Below are positions 1 to 8,671 of a DNA stretch of 64,000 nucleotides, in pieces. This DNA comes from Patescibacteria group bacterium (GTDB lineage Bacteria; Patescibacteriota; UBA1384; XYA2-FULL-43-10; 1-14-0-10-43-13), in the NCBI GenBank assembly GCA_041671645.1, contig JBAZBD010000001.1:607234-671233 (forward strand), read 5' to 3'. The position numbers and the translations under genes were made by a program. Under the pieces are notes generated by a model. That model ran no database searches and was not told where the DNA came from. It worked only from the letters and a program-made list of their open reading frames with translations. Every line of letters begins with the position of its first letter. Position 1 is the first letter of the stretch.

Positions 1-388
1 CTTGGATCGAAGCCAATCCGTTCGATGCGACCGCTCTTTCACTGAGTATTTCTTTACCTGCGATAGTGCCTTTTGCTGCTAGTTTTGTGTCACTTATTTC
101 GTCCATGAAAGCATGGATTTGTTTTATATTCTTTTGCGCTTCAGCAGTATCTTGATGTTCGTTTCTGTCTATCTCGGATTGTTTATCGTTTGTAGCTAAA
201 GCAAGCTCTTCTGCACCTTCTGGTAGATTCTTCTTCGACAAATCCATAAGTCGACCAAACGCGCCTTTTAGATCTAAAAGTTTTTGTCGCATAATTGCTC
301 GATTCGCTTTCTCGACAGGGTCGCCTTTGGCAAGCTCATTTGCTTTAATAAGACCTGCGGCTCTATCTAAACTATATTTCTCATTCAT
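1..388 (-). CDS. Coiled-coil PspA/IM30-like protein, C-terminus truncated by the window edge
   Basis: ATG at 388 on the minus strand (not in the supplied ORF track). Hand translation begins MNEKYSLDRAAGLIKANELAKGDPVEKANRAIMRQKLLDL. It has weak PspA-like N-terminal similarity (the ..DP.K..R.. pattern) and the ORF stays open to position 1. Confidence 0.35.
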   Translation of the reverse strand, partial: MNEKYSLDRAAGLIKANELAKGDPVEKANRAIMRQKLLDLKGAFGRLMDLSKKNLPEGAEELALATNDKQSEIDRNEHQDTAEAQKNIKQIHAFMDEISDTKLAAKGTIAGKEILSERAVASNGLASIQ

Positions 389-447
389 ACTGGGCTCCTA
401 GATAATTTTATTACTTTAATTCTACGTCTTTCTGTGATTAAGTTCAA

Positions 448-480
448 ATAAAAAACTCGCCTTTTACGACGAGTTTTTTA
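448..480. terminator. Rho-independent terminator hairpin downstream of aspS
   Basis: AAAAAACTCG..CGAGTTTTTT stem flanked by an A-run and a T-run, placed right after the aspS stop. Confidence 0.5.
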
Positions 481-491
481 CTATTACTTTG

Positions 492-1925
492 TTAGTCCCC
501 TATCACAGTGTCAGCGCCCTTTAGCTGCTTGCCCTCAGCCTCTTTGGCCAATCCGATATGAACGTCTTTCAGCTGTTGCTCGGCTATCTGGCTCGGAGCG
601 CCCATCATTACGTCTCTAGCGTCACCGGTTTTGGGGAATGCCATTACTTCACGGATCGCGTCTTCGTGGGCCAATACTGCGACTAGCCGGTCAATGCCCC
701 ATGCTATACCACCATGCGGAGGAGCACCAAATTCGAAAGCTTCGAGCATGTGGCCAAAACGTCTTCCCTTCTCCTCTGGAGATACTCCGAGAAGATCAAA
801 TATCTTGTCCTGTATTTCTCTATCGTGGATTCTAATCGAGCCACCCGCTACCTCGAAACCATTCAAAACCAAGTCGTAGGCGTAGGCCCTGACTTCAGCA
901 GGTTTGCTGTCCAAGAGGCTCAGGTCTTCCTTCTGAGGCATAGTGAAGGGATGGTGAGAGGAAACTAACTTCTTGTCAGTATTTGAGTATTTAAATAGCG
1001 GCGCATCTGTTATCCAAAGGAAAGCCATCTCTTCTTTGTCGTTTTTGTCTTTTCTCAAGTCTGGCTTGTCAGTACCGTATTTCTCCATCGCCTCTTTGTA
1101 TGTCATGCGTGGAAATGGGGTAGAGACAATTTTATTTTCTGGAGTAATCTTGGTCACCAAGTCTATGGCCAATTTCTCCATAGTGTTTAGGATATCTTCT
1201 TGATCGATAAATGACATCTCAACATCGAGTTGGGTAAATTCTGGCTGTCGATCCCCTCTTTGATCTTCATCACGGAAGCAACGAGCGATCTGAAAATATC
1301 TTTCGATCCCGCCGACCATCAACAATTGCTTGAACTGCTGAGGGCTCTGTGGCAGTACATAAAACTCTCCAGGATAGATACGGCTTGGAACAACAAATTC
1401 TCTGGCTCCCTCTGGAGTTGATTTGGTCAAATAAGGTGTCTCAACCTCGCGGAAACCTTCAGCCCAAAAATACTCACGCATTGAGCGGATAACGTTGTGA
1501 CGAAGTGTGATATTCTTGTTCATTCGATCACTTCTGAGGTCTAGATAACGATATTTGAGTCTTAGTTCTTCGTCAATTCCGAGCGTATTCTTGTCCACTT
1601 CAAATGGTGGTGTCTTGGCTTGATTCAAGATTTCTAAGTCGGCAGCCTCCATCTCTACCGTGCCAGTGACCATACCAGGATTGACCATCTTCTCAGGTCT
1701 AGCCTTGACCATACCTGTGATTGAGACGACCCATTCTGGTCGGATATCTGATACTTTGTCATACGCCTTGGATCCTGGTACGAAAACGACCTGCAATGTG
1801 CCGGACATGTCACGCATGTCGAAGAAGACGATCTTGCCATGATCTCGGCGGGTATTAACCCAGCCCGATACCTTGACCTCTTCGCCAACCTTTTTGACTG
1901 TTTCTGATATTAGTATTCTTTTCAT
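492..1925 (-). CDS. aspS: Aspartate--tRNA ligase, class II, lacking the GAD insertion domain
   Basis: 477 aa. Motif 2 FRDEDQRGDRQPEFTQLD and motif 3 GGIAWGIDRLVAVL are present. Only about 45 aa separate KPDLR from HHPFT, where E. coli has about 130 aa (the GAD domain). Confidence 0.9.
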   Translation of the reverse strand: MKRILISETVKKVGEEVKVSGWVNTRRDHGKIVFFDMRDMSGTLQVVFVPGSKAYDKVSDIRPEWVVSITGMVKARPEKMVNPGMVTGTVEMEAADLEILNQAKTPPFEVDKNTLGIDEELRLKYRYLDLRSDRMNKNITLRHNVIRSMREYFWAEGFREVETPYLTKSTPEGAREFVVPSRIYPGEFYVLPQSPQQFKQLLMVGGIERYFQIARCFRDEDQRGDRQPEFTQLDVEMSFIDQEDILNTMEKLAIDLVTKITPENKIVSTPFPRMTYKEAMEKYGTDKPDLRKDKNDKEEMAFLWITDAPLFKYSNTDKKLVSSHHPFTMPQKEDLSLLDSKPAEVRAYAYDLVLNGFEVAGGSIRIHDREIQDKIFDLLGVSPEEKGRRFGHMLEAFEFGAPPHGGIAWGIDRLVAVLAHEDAIREVMAFPKTGDARDVMMGAPSQIAEQQLKDVHIGLAKEAEGKQLKGADTVIGD

Positions 1926-1933
1926 AATATTCC

Positions 1934-4204
1934 TTATATAGTTCTTAATTGTGCCTGATATTCGTTCTCGACCATTTTGACCACTTTCTTTACAACCTGT
2001 TCGGCCTCTTGGTCGGTCAAAGTCTTGTCCATATCCTGAAGGTAGAGATGATAAGCAACGTTTTTCTTGCCGACGCCCAGCTTGTCTGAAGCAAACTCGT
2101 CAAAAAGCTCAACTCTATTTATCATGTCCGAGACAGCATAAATTGACTGTGTGATCAAACTAGAATCAAGCTTCTTGTCTACCAGGAAGGCTAAGTCACG
2201 GGTTATCATCGGGTATTTTGATATCGGTCGGTAGACTGACTTGGAATAAGATTTTGGTAAATCTAATTTCTTCTCATCTATCTTTGATTTCTCAAGGACT
2301 AGAGACAGATCGATTTCGGCAACAAAAACTGTTGGCTTCTTGACCTTGAATTTCTGAAGTTCGTCTCGACTGAACTCTGTGATCTCTGCATCAAATTTCT
2401 TGCTCAAAAGTTCTTTGAGTGCGCTCAAGGCTTTCTCGATGGAAGGCTTCGCATTTTTACCGGAGGCAATGATCGCTAAGTTGGTGGTTTCCTTGCTCTT
2501 GGTATATACGTGAGCAATTTCGAATAAGAGAACAGGGTCGAACGCTGGGTTCTTGGCCACTGCCTTGATCAGACCAGGCAGAAGAGAGATTCGGAGGTAC
2601 TTGAGCTCTTCCTGCAAAGGATTGGCAACCTCAAGTAATTTGTCTTTTTTCAATCTTAGAAGCTCGACGTCCTTCTCTGACAGATACGGATAGCTGATAG
2701 TCTCGGAAAAACCGTTGTTGATAAGGGCTTCCTTGACTGATTCTTCGCGGAAATATTGGGAAAATTTGGGACAATTTGCTTTGTCGAAATAAACTGGAAC
2801 GATTTTGTCATAACCCTCGACTCGTCCAACTTCATCCGCCACGTCTTCGATGATCGATAAGTCGTGTCGCCAAAGAGGTACGATGGCCTCATCTGTGCTC
2901 AGCTCGATATCCAGAGCCTTCAGATGATGACGAATGATCTCATCTGATAATTTCATACCGAGGATTTGATTTATCTTTTCATAATTTAGCTTAATGATTT
3001 TCTTGGCTGGCGTCTGGCCACTTTTCAAAATCCCGTTGGCAATATTGCCACCAGCAACTTCGGCTATCATATTGGCCGCTTGATTGATGATGTATTCGGT
3101 GTCGCCCTCATCAATGCCCCGCTCGAATCGATAGCTTGCCTCAGACTGAAGCTTCAAGGTCTTGGAGCTGAGTCGGGCAGTCCTGGGATCAAATACTGCG
3201 GCCTCGATAACTACGTTCACCGTATCGTCATCGACTTCGCTATCTTTCCCGCCCATGATTCCAGCAATAGCAATTGGGTGTTTGGCATCTGCGATAACTA
3301 AGTCATTGGAGTCCAATACTCTCTCGACTCCGTCGAGGGAAACAATCTTTTCATTGGATTTGGCACCTCTCACAACGATTTTCTTGCCCCCGATTTTGGA
3401 TAGATCAAAAGCGTGGATCGGGTGACCGGTATCCAAAAGAACGAAATTCGTGACGTCGACGACATTGTTGATCGAACGGACCCCAGATAGCTCAAGCTTG
3501 CGCTTCAGCCACTCTGGCGATGGTCCAACCTTGACATTCTGTACCACTCTAGCGAAATACTGTGGGCATTTTGATCCATCCTGCACTTCTAGCGCGAGAA
3601 TTGATTGTATATCGCTTCCAGTTTTGGCGACCGAGACAGGCTCTTTCTTGATCTGCTTGCCAATCATCGCCGCCAGTTCACGAGCTGATCCAATATGCGA
3701 GAGAAGGTCTCCCCTATTTGGAGTGATTGAAATATCAAAGATGGTCTCGTTGCCAAGATATTTGTTCAGTGGTTCGCCTAACTCATATTCTTTGGGCAGT
3801 ACGATAATACCGCTATGATCGTCTCCGAGACCGAGCTCATCTGCGGCGCAGAGCATACCTTCGGATTCAACTCCGCGAATAGTACTTTTCTTGATCATGA
3901 AATCGCCAGGCAACAGAGCGCCAATCTTGGCCAATGGTACTTTCATACCTTTGGCAATATTTGGCGCGCCACAAACTATTTTGTAGGTCTGGGTATTGTC
4001 TTGTACGTCAGCTAGGCTTAATCTGTCGGCGTTGGGATGCTTTTCAACGTTCAAAATCTCGGCGACCACAACATTGTCGTCCAGGCCGGACTCTATGGAT
4101 TCTACCTCAATTCCGCCGCGACGAAAAAGCTCAGCGACCGCATCGGCGCTCATCTCCCCTATCTCTTTGACGTATTTTTCAAGCCAGCTTTTCTGTATCT
4201 TCAT
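1934..4204 (-). CDS. pheT: Phenylalanine--tRNA ligase beta subunit
   Basis: 756 aa. The N-terminal tRNA-binding domain is present (VVAEILNVEKHPNADRLSLADV...GMLCAADELGL), then B3/4 and B5 regions. It sits downstream of pheS as in the canonical pheST operon. Confidence 0.9.
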   Translation of the reverse strand: MKIQKSWLEKYVKEIGEMSADAVAELFRRGGIEVESIESGLDDNVVVAEILNVEKHPNADRLSLADVQDNTQTYKIVCGAPNIAKGMKVPLAKIGALLPGDFMIKKSTIRGVESEGMLCAADELGLGDDHSGIIVLPKEYELGEPLNKYLGNETIFDISITPNRGDLLSHIGSARELAAMIGKQIKKEPVSVAKTGSDIQSILALEVQDGSKCPQYFARVVQNVKVGPSPEWLKRKLELSGVRSINNVVDVTNFVLLDTGHPIHAFDLSKIGGKKIVVRGAKSNEKIVSLDGVERVLDSNDLVIADAKHPIAIAGIMGGKDSEVDDDTVNVVIEAAVFDPRTARLSSKTLKLQSEASYRFERGIDEGDTEYIINQAANMIAEVAGGNIANGILKSGQTPAKKIIKLNYEKINQILGMKLSDEIIRHHLKALDIELSTDEAIVPLWRHDLSIIEDVADEVGRVEGYDKIVPVYFDKANCPKFSQYFREESVKEALINNGFSETISYPYLSEKDVELLRLKKDKLLEVANPLQEELKYLRISLLPGLIKAVAKNPAFDPVLLFEIAHVYTKSKETTNLAIIASGKNAKPSIEKALSALKELLSKKFDAEITEFSRDELQKFKVKKPTVFVAEIDLSLVLEKSKIDEKKLDLPKSYSKSVYRPISKYPMITRDLAFLVDKKLDSSLITQSIYAVSDMINRVELFDEFASDKLGVGKKNVAYHLYLQDMDKTLTDQEAEQVVKKVVKMVENEYQAQLRTI

Positions 4205-4220
4205 ATTTTTTCGATATTAA

Positions 4221-4916
4221 TTAGAATTGCTTTAGAAATCTAAGATCTCCTGAACGCAGATTTCGGATATCTTCGATACCGTATTTGAGCATTACGAGCC
4301 GGTCTATGCCCATACCAAATGCGAATCCAGAGTACACTTTGGGGTCGATTTTCATGTTTTTCAACACTTTGGGGTGGACCATTCCGGCGCCGAGTAGCTC
4401 AATCCATTTGCCCTTGTATTTGGCTTCAACTTCAAACCCTGGCTCGACAAAAGGGAAGAAGCTGGGTCGAAATCTGATTTCAGTCTCTTCTCCATACATT
4501 TTCTTGAAAAACTGCTCAAGTGTGCCAAATAGATGGCCAACGTTGATATTTTTGTCGATACACAAGCCTTCGAGTTGATAAATGCTGGTTTCATGCTTGA
4601 AGTCGGTCGCTTCATTGCGATAAACCTGGCCAGGGAAAACAGCCTTGATCGGCGGTTTGCGTGTTTCTGCGTACCTAACTTGGCCGTTCGAAGTGTGAGT
4701 GCGGAGTAGTTTACCGTTTGTAAGCCAGAAAGTGTCCTGCATGTCACGTGCGGGGTGATCAGAGGCCATGTTGAGTGCGTCAAAGTTGTACCATTCGGTC
4801 TCAACTTCCGGTCCCTGGTACACATCAAAACCAAGATCTCGAAAATTGGAGATTGCTTCTCTCAAAAGCTGAGTGATAGGATGTAGACTTCCTTTGACGT
4901 CCATGTTGACTCCCAA
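4221..4916 (-). CDS. pheS: Phenylalanine--tRNA ligase alpha subunit, catalytic core only (N-terminal coiled-coil absent)
   Basis: 231 aa. It aligns to the C-terminal roughly 230 aa of bacterial PheS (HPARDMQDTFW, FRPSFFPFVEPGFEV, FAFGMGIDRLVML). There is no room for an N-terminal extension because the membrane-protein gene stop lies 3 nt upstream. Confidence 0.85.
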   Translation of the reverse strand: MGVNMDVKGSLHPITQLLREAISNFRDLGFDVYQGPEVETEWYNFDALNMASDHPARDMQDTFWLTNGKLLRTHTSNGQVRYAETRKPPIKAVFPGQVYRNEATDFKHETSIYQLEGLCIDKNINVGHLFGTLEQFFKKMYGEETEIRFRPSFFPFVEPGFEVEAKYKGKWIELLGAGMVHPKVLKNMKIDPKVYSGFAFGMGIDRLVMLKYGIEDIRNLRSGDLRFLKQF

Positions 4917-4919
4917 TAT

Positions 4920-5300
4920 TTATGAATCGCGCTTCTTCGTTTCGAAGAAGAGCTCTAGCAGTACGACTACTATAATTACAGATCCGCCGACTAGATAATC
5001 CAGGATTTTCATGCCGCGAAGTAACAGAAGAGTCGAAATAGCGGTTGAAAATATTAACCCCTGCCTGACCGACGGCCAGAAGAAGATGTTGTTGGACTGG
5101 CTTTTGCTGATTCTGGTTTTGACTGCAATAATCAAAATCGCTATCAATCCGCCCAACCCTACCGTCAAAGAGGTATAAAAGTTGATGAAAACGGATCTTT
5201 CGGCGATATATGGATTATAATTGTAAACTGCCAGTAATGTCGAGACCAGGGCGAATATCGTGGCGCTGACAAGGAAGAAAAGATTTCTTACCATATTCAT
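4920..5300 (-). CDS. Hypothetical small integral membrane protein
   Basis: 126 aa with 3-4 hydrophobic helices and no recognisable domain. It is tightly packed between rbfA and pheS. Confidence 0.5.
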   Translation of the reverse strand: MNMVRNLFFLVSATIFALVSTLLAVYNYNPYIAERSVFINFYTSLTVGLGGLIAILIIAVKTRISKSQSNNIFFWPSVRQGLIFSTAISTLLLLRGMKILDYLVGGSVIIVVVLLELFFETKKRDS

Positions 5301-5302
5301 CT

Positions 5303-5620
5303 CTATATCTCCCGAAGTAACTGATCGATTCTAGCCGCTTTCTCCTCAGTCAAATCAGAAACAAAATAAAGAGAAGGCACTTTTCGTGCTTTGACACGTG
5401 TAGCCAAGACTTTTCGCAAATCCTTGGCACCCGCCTGGAACTTTTTGACTACGCCTTCTGGGTCCTTGACTGAGCTAATCCAGACTTTGGCAAAAGAGAG
5501 ATCCTTGGAGGTGTGGACCTGGGTAATAGATACGATTTCCTCAGGAAAAAACTCGGCCAACGCGATCGAGAGCTCTCGCAGAATCAATTCGTCAAATTTG
5601 TACATTCTTTGTGTAACCAT
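5303..5620 (-). CDS. rbfA: Ribosome-binding factor A
   Basis: 105 aa. ELILRELSIALAEFFPEEIVSITQVHTSKDLSFAKVWIS matches the RbfA KH-like core (compare E. coli EMQKEIALILQREI...VEMSRDLAYAKVYVT). Confidence 0.7.
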   Translation of the reverse strand: MVTQRMYKFDELILRELSIALAEFFPEEIVSITQVHTSKDLSFAKVWISSVKDPEGVVKKFQAGAKDLRKVLATRVKARKVPSLYFVSDLTEEKAARIDQLLREI

Positions 5621-5690
5621 TACTAATTTTATATCATATTACAGCTCTCTTTGCCATGGCAGAGAGATAATATCTGAAAGAATATAGGAA

Positions 5691-5728
5691 TAAAAAAAAA
5701 TACCCTGGGTCATGCTGGGTATACTTTT
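5691..5728. terminator. Bidirectional Rho-independent terminator
   Basis: A9 run, then ATACCCTGG..gtcatg..CTGGGTAT hairpin, then a T-rich tract. On the minus strand the hairpin is followed by T9, downstream of the 5829..6311 gene. Confidence 0.6.
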
Positions 5729-5828
5729 CATTAATTTAGTTTTGGGGGACTCGGGATTGGCTCAATGCTCAATATTTTGATAAGCGATTGAATCCGCACC
5801 CGAGTTGGAAATTTCCCTCCCCACTTGC

Positions 5829-6311
5829 CTATGGCACCATTCTTTTCTTCCCTCCATCGGGATTTGCTTTAGCTTTCGGCTTCCCATTCCCGGCGGGGTC
5901 AGAAGGTTTGTCGCCTTTACGGCGCTCGAATATTGCGCCGCAGTGCCAGCATCCGCGCTCATTCGGACGCAGTTTGGTTTTGCATCGCTTGCACACCCTA
6001 ACTGCTTCCCCTATTGAGGGCTGATCTTCTCCTCCACAATTATGTGGTGGATAGTTGTCTGCTGCGCCTTTCGGCGCTGCGGCTGGGCCCTTCGGCGGCG
6101 ATACTTTCGGCGCAGAACCGCAGTGACAGACGCCCTCGCCTTTTGAGCGATTTGCTTCGCGAGCCATTGAGCGCGCGAACATGTTTGCGTCTTCAAGCTG
6201 AGCACCGAGAGCTAAGACGACCGTCCGAAGAAGATCCATTGCTGGATCGGCTTCGGGCATGCGGCCGTCAATGATGACCCGGAATTGTCCGGGTTTTAGT
6301 TTCTTGGACAT
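5829..6311 (-). CDS. Hypothetical cysteine-rich (zinc-ribbon-like) protein, GC-rich gene
   Basis: 160 aa. Cys pairs CHCG...HNCGG...CKRCK...CWHCG. RBS AAGGAGGA 7 nt before the ATG. Gene GC is about 56% versus about 42% for the flanks. It has its own promoter and terminator. Confidence 0.6.
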   Translation of the reverse strand: MSKKLKPGQFRVIIDGRMPEADPAMDLLRTVVLALGAQLEDANMFARSMAREANRSKGEGVCHCGSAPKVSPPKGPAAAPKGAADNYPPHNCGGEDQPSIGEAVRVCKRCKTKLRPNERGCWHCGAIFERRKGDKPSDPAGNGKPKAKANPDGGKKRMVP

Positions 6312-6341
6312 TTTTGTGTCCTCCTTATCAGCGTTGCCGAT

Positions 6342-6370
6342 ACTATATCACAAATCTTTATTTTGGTCAA
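6342..6370 (-). promoter_or_regulatory. Sigma70-like promoter (TTGACC-17-TATAGT) for the cysteine-rich protein gene
   Basis: Minus-strand reading: TTGACC aaaataaagatttgtga TATAGT, located about 30 nt upstream of the RBS. Confidence 0.45.
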
Positions 6371-6384
6371 TACAAATTGAGCAC

Positions 6385-6418
6385 AAAAAACGCTTCGTGA
6401 TGATTGAAGCGTTTTTCG
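6385..6418. terminator. Rho-independent terminator downstream of rpsI
   Basis: AAAACGCTTC gtgatgatt GAAGCGTTTTT: a 10-bp stem followed by a T-run. Confidence 0.6.
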
Positions 6419-6441
6419 TATAGTTCGAATGTATTTGAATT

Positions 6442-6831
6442 TTAGCGTTTGGCCCACTGTGGTGCTCTGCGAGCACGTTTGAGACCTGGTTTCTTGCGCT
6501 CTTTCTCTCTTGGGTCGCGGGTGAGAAGACCAGCTTTTTTCAGGGTTGTGCGGAATTCTGGGTTGAATTTCTCAAGAGCACGAGCGATACCAAGTCTGAT
6601 TGCATCGATTTGGCTGACTTTGCCGCCACCTGAGACCTTGACGCTAAGGCCAAATTTGCCTTTTTCGCCGACTAGTTCAAATGGTGAATCAATCTCAGCA
6701 GTCATCTTGGCCGCTTTGGCATTGATCAAAATCTCTTTTTCACCAGTGATTTTGACAAAAGCGACAGCGGTTTTGCGTCGGCCGATACCAGTCCAGTATT
6801 GTTTTGTTGTAGTTTCTTTCTTCTCAACCAT
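6442..6831 (-). CDS. rpsI: 30S ribosomal protein S9
   Basis: 129 aa. YWTGIGRRKTAVAFV...GGGKVSQIDAIRLGIARAL...KRARRAPQWAKR is a canonical uS9. Confidence 0.95.
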   Translation of the reverse strand: MVEKKETTTKQYWTGIGRRKTAVAFVKITGEKEILINAKAAKMTAEIDSPFELVGEKGKFGLSVKVSGGGKVSQIDAIRLGIARALEKFNPEFRTTLKKAGLLTRDPREKERKKPGLKRARRAPQWAKR

Positions 6832-6845
6832 AATATTTTGATTAT

Positions 6846-7253
6846 TTAGCTATTCTTAAATTTCGCGTTGTTGTGTGGGTGCTCGGCGCCTGCGTAAATT
6901 TTCAGACGAGCCATGAATTTGTCCTGAAGTTTGTTGTGTGGAAGCATTCCCTGAACTGCTTTTTTGATCACTTCGCCTGGGTGCTTGGTCATCAAGTCTG
7001 AAACTGTGTCAGTCTTCAAGTTTCCAAGGTAGCCAGTGTGTTTGTAATAACGTTTTTGGTCCATTTTCTTGCCGGTAAGCACGAATTTGTCAGCATTCAC
7101 GACAACAACGAAGTCGCCACCGTCCTTGTTTGGACGAAAGTCAACTTTGTTCTTGCCTCTGAGCAAATCTGCGATCTGGGTGCTCAAGCGACCTAGCGTT
7201 TGGCCAGCGGCGTCGAAAAAGTACCAGTCTCTATTTTCAGTCGTATTTTCCAT
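6846..7253 (-). CDS. rplM: 50S ribosomal protein L13
   Basis: 135 aa. WYFFDAAGQTLGRLSTQIADLLRGK is the uL13 N-terminal signature. Confidence 0.95.
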   Translation of the reverse strand: MENTTENRDWYFFDAAGQTLGRLSTQIADLLRGKNKVDFRPNKDGGDFVVVVNADKFVLTGKKMDQKRYYKHTGYLGNLKTDTVSDLMTKHPGEVIKKAVQGMLPHNKLQDKFMARLKIYAGAEHPHNNAKFKNS

Positions 7254-7699
7254 TATTTCTTCACTTTTTCTTTAACTTTTTTCTCTACTTTGACAGCTTC
7301 TTCTGTTTTCTCAGCTTTTTCAGCTTTGGTTTCAACCTTTTTGTCCTCTTTGACAACTGTTTTCTTGCCGATAAGCTCTACGCGCATCATGCTAGAATTG
7401 TCGCCAACTCTGTTTTTCAGGTGATAGCTTTTGCAGAAACCACTTTTGCGATCAGCAAATCTAGGAACTAACTCTTCGATAACTTTCTTAACTGCGTTTT
7501 TGTCGAAGAAAATAGTATTTAGATTTCTGATTACATTGAAATCAGTGCCTTTGTTGCGAGCCAATACCTTGTCGATATATGACTTAACCTCTTTGGCTTT
7601 GGCTTCGGTGGTATCGATTGTTTCATACAATACCAAAGAAGTAGCCAGGTTTCGGATTAAGTGATTTCGGTGATCGGTTTTTCTTCCAAACTTTCTCAT
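7253..7699 (-). CDS. rplQ: 50S ribosomal protein L17 with a Lys/Glu-rich C-terminal tail
   Basis: 148 aa. MRKFGRKTDHRNHLIRNLATSLVLYETIDTTEAKAKE matches bL17. The C-terminal roughly 40 aa are K/E-rich. Confidence 0.9.
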   Translation of the reverse strand: MRKFGRKTDHRNHLIRNLATSLVLYETIDTTEAKAKEVKSYIDKVLARNKGTDFNVIRNLNTIFFDKNAVKKVIEELVPRFADRKSGFCKSYHLKNRVGDNSSMMRVELIGKKTVVKEDKKVETKAEKAEKTEEAVKVEKKVKEKVKK

Positions 7700-7719
7700 A
7701 TCTGTTTCTCTGATTTATA

Positions 7720-8652
7720 TTAGCCGAGGATCATTAGGATCTCTTCAACACCCTTTTTGCCAAGACCCTTGACCTCTTCAAGCTTGAGCTGGGAGAGTTT
7801 TTTCAAACCGCCAACTGTCTTGATACCGGAGTTAAGCAAAGCGTTAAGTGTGCGTGAAGAAAGGTTTAAGTCTTCAACTTTTGTCTTGTTATCAATTTCG
7901 CCGTCAATTACAACAGCTTCTTCTCCGTCAACAGGAATTTCAAGGGCAGACTCAACGATTTCTTCTGGTGCATCACCCTCGATGAGGATAGCGCTGAAGT
8001 GGTCGATAAGTACTGTGGAAGCCTCTTTGAGAGCCTGGAAAGGAGCAACTGTACCGTTGGTGATGACTTCAAGGATAAGTTTGTCATAGTTGGTCATCAT
8101 ACCGACACGAGTGTCTTCGATATTCATGGCAACACGTAGGACTGGTGAGAAAAGAGCATCGATGCCAATCTGGCCGATTTCACCTTTTTCGCCGGTACCA
8201 ATGTGAACTGCGCGAAAGCCACGATCTTTTTCGATGGTTACTTCCATCTCGAAATTGGCACCCTTGTCGAGTGTCACGATGTGAGCATCAGGATTGATGA
8301 TTTCGATGTTGCTGTTGGCCTTGAAATCCTTGGCAGTAACAGTAGCAGGACCCTTCTTTGAGAGTTCCAAGACGACTGGTTCGTCGCTGAAAGAACGGAA
8401 TGAAACGCCCTTTAGGTTCATCATGATTTCGATAACGTCTTCTTTGGCGTGTGGTACTGCGGTAAATTCATGAGAAGCGCCTTCAATCTTGAATGAAGTA
8501 GCGGCTGCGCCAGTGATAGACGAAAGCAATACTCGGCGAATTGAATTACCGATTGTTGCACCGTAACCTGGATAAAGAGGTTCGATAGAAAACTTGGAGT
8601 GATTGTCACCCAATTTTTCTTCTGTTATTTTTGGCAAGCTGATTTTTTCCAT
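7720..8652 (-). CDS. rpoA: DNA-directed RNA polymerase alpha subunit
   Basis: The start was moved to the internal ATG (MEKISLPKI) because it is preceded by GGGAG 8 nt upstream. The track's longer start at 8691 would overlap rpsD. The core is IEPLYPGYGATIGNSIRRVLLSS. Confidence 0.9.
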   Translation of the reverse strand: MEKISLPKITEEKLGDNHSKFSIEPLYPGYGATIGNSIRRVLLSSITGAAATSFKIEGASHEFTAVPHAKEDVIEIMMNLKGVSFRSFSDEPVVLELSKKGPATVTAKDFKANSNIEIINPDAHIVTLDKGANFEMEVTIEKDRGFRAVHIGTGEKGEIGQIGIDALFSPVLRVAMNIEDTRVGMMTNYDKLILEVITNGTVAPFQALKEASTVLIDHFSAILIEGDAPEEIVESALEIPVDGEEAVVIDGEIDNKTKVEDLNLSSRTLNALLNSGIKTVGGLKKLSQLKLEEVKGLGKKGVEEILMILG

Positions 8653-8671
8653 TTTTGTATCTCCCTTAAAA

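Noticed and set aside
5829-6311. Possibility that the cysteine-rich gene is ribosomal protein L31/L33-like
   Set aside because: Its length (160 aa), linker composition and Cys spacing do not match any r-protein zinc ribbon. It is kept as a hypothetical protein.
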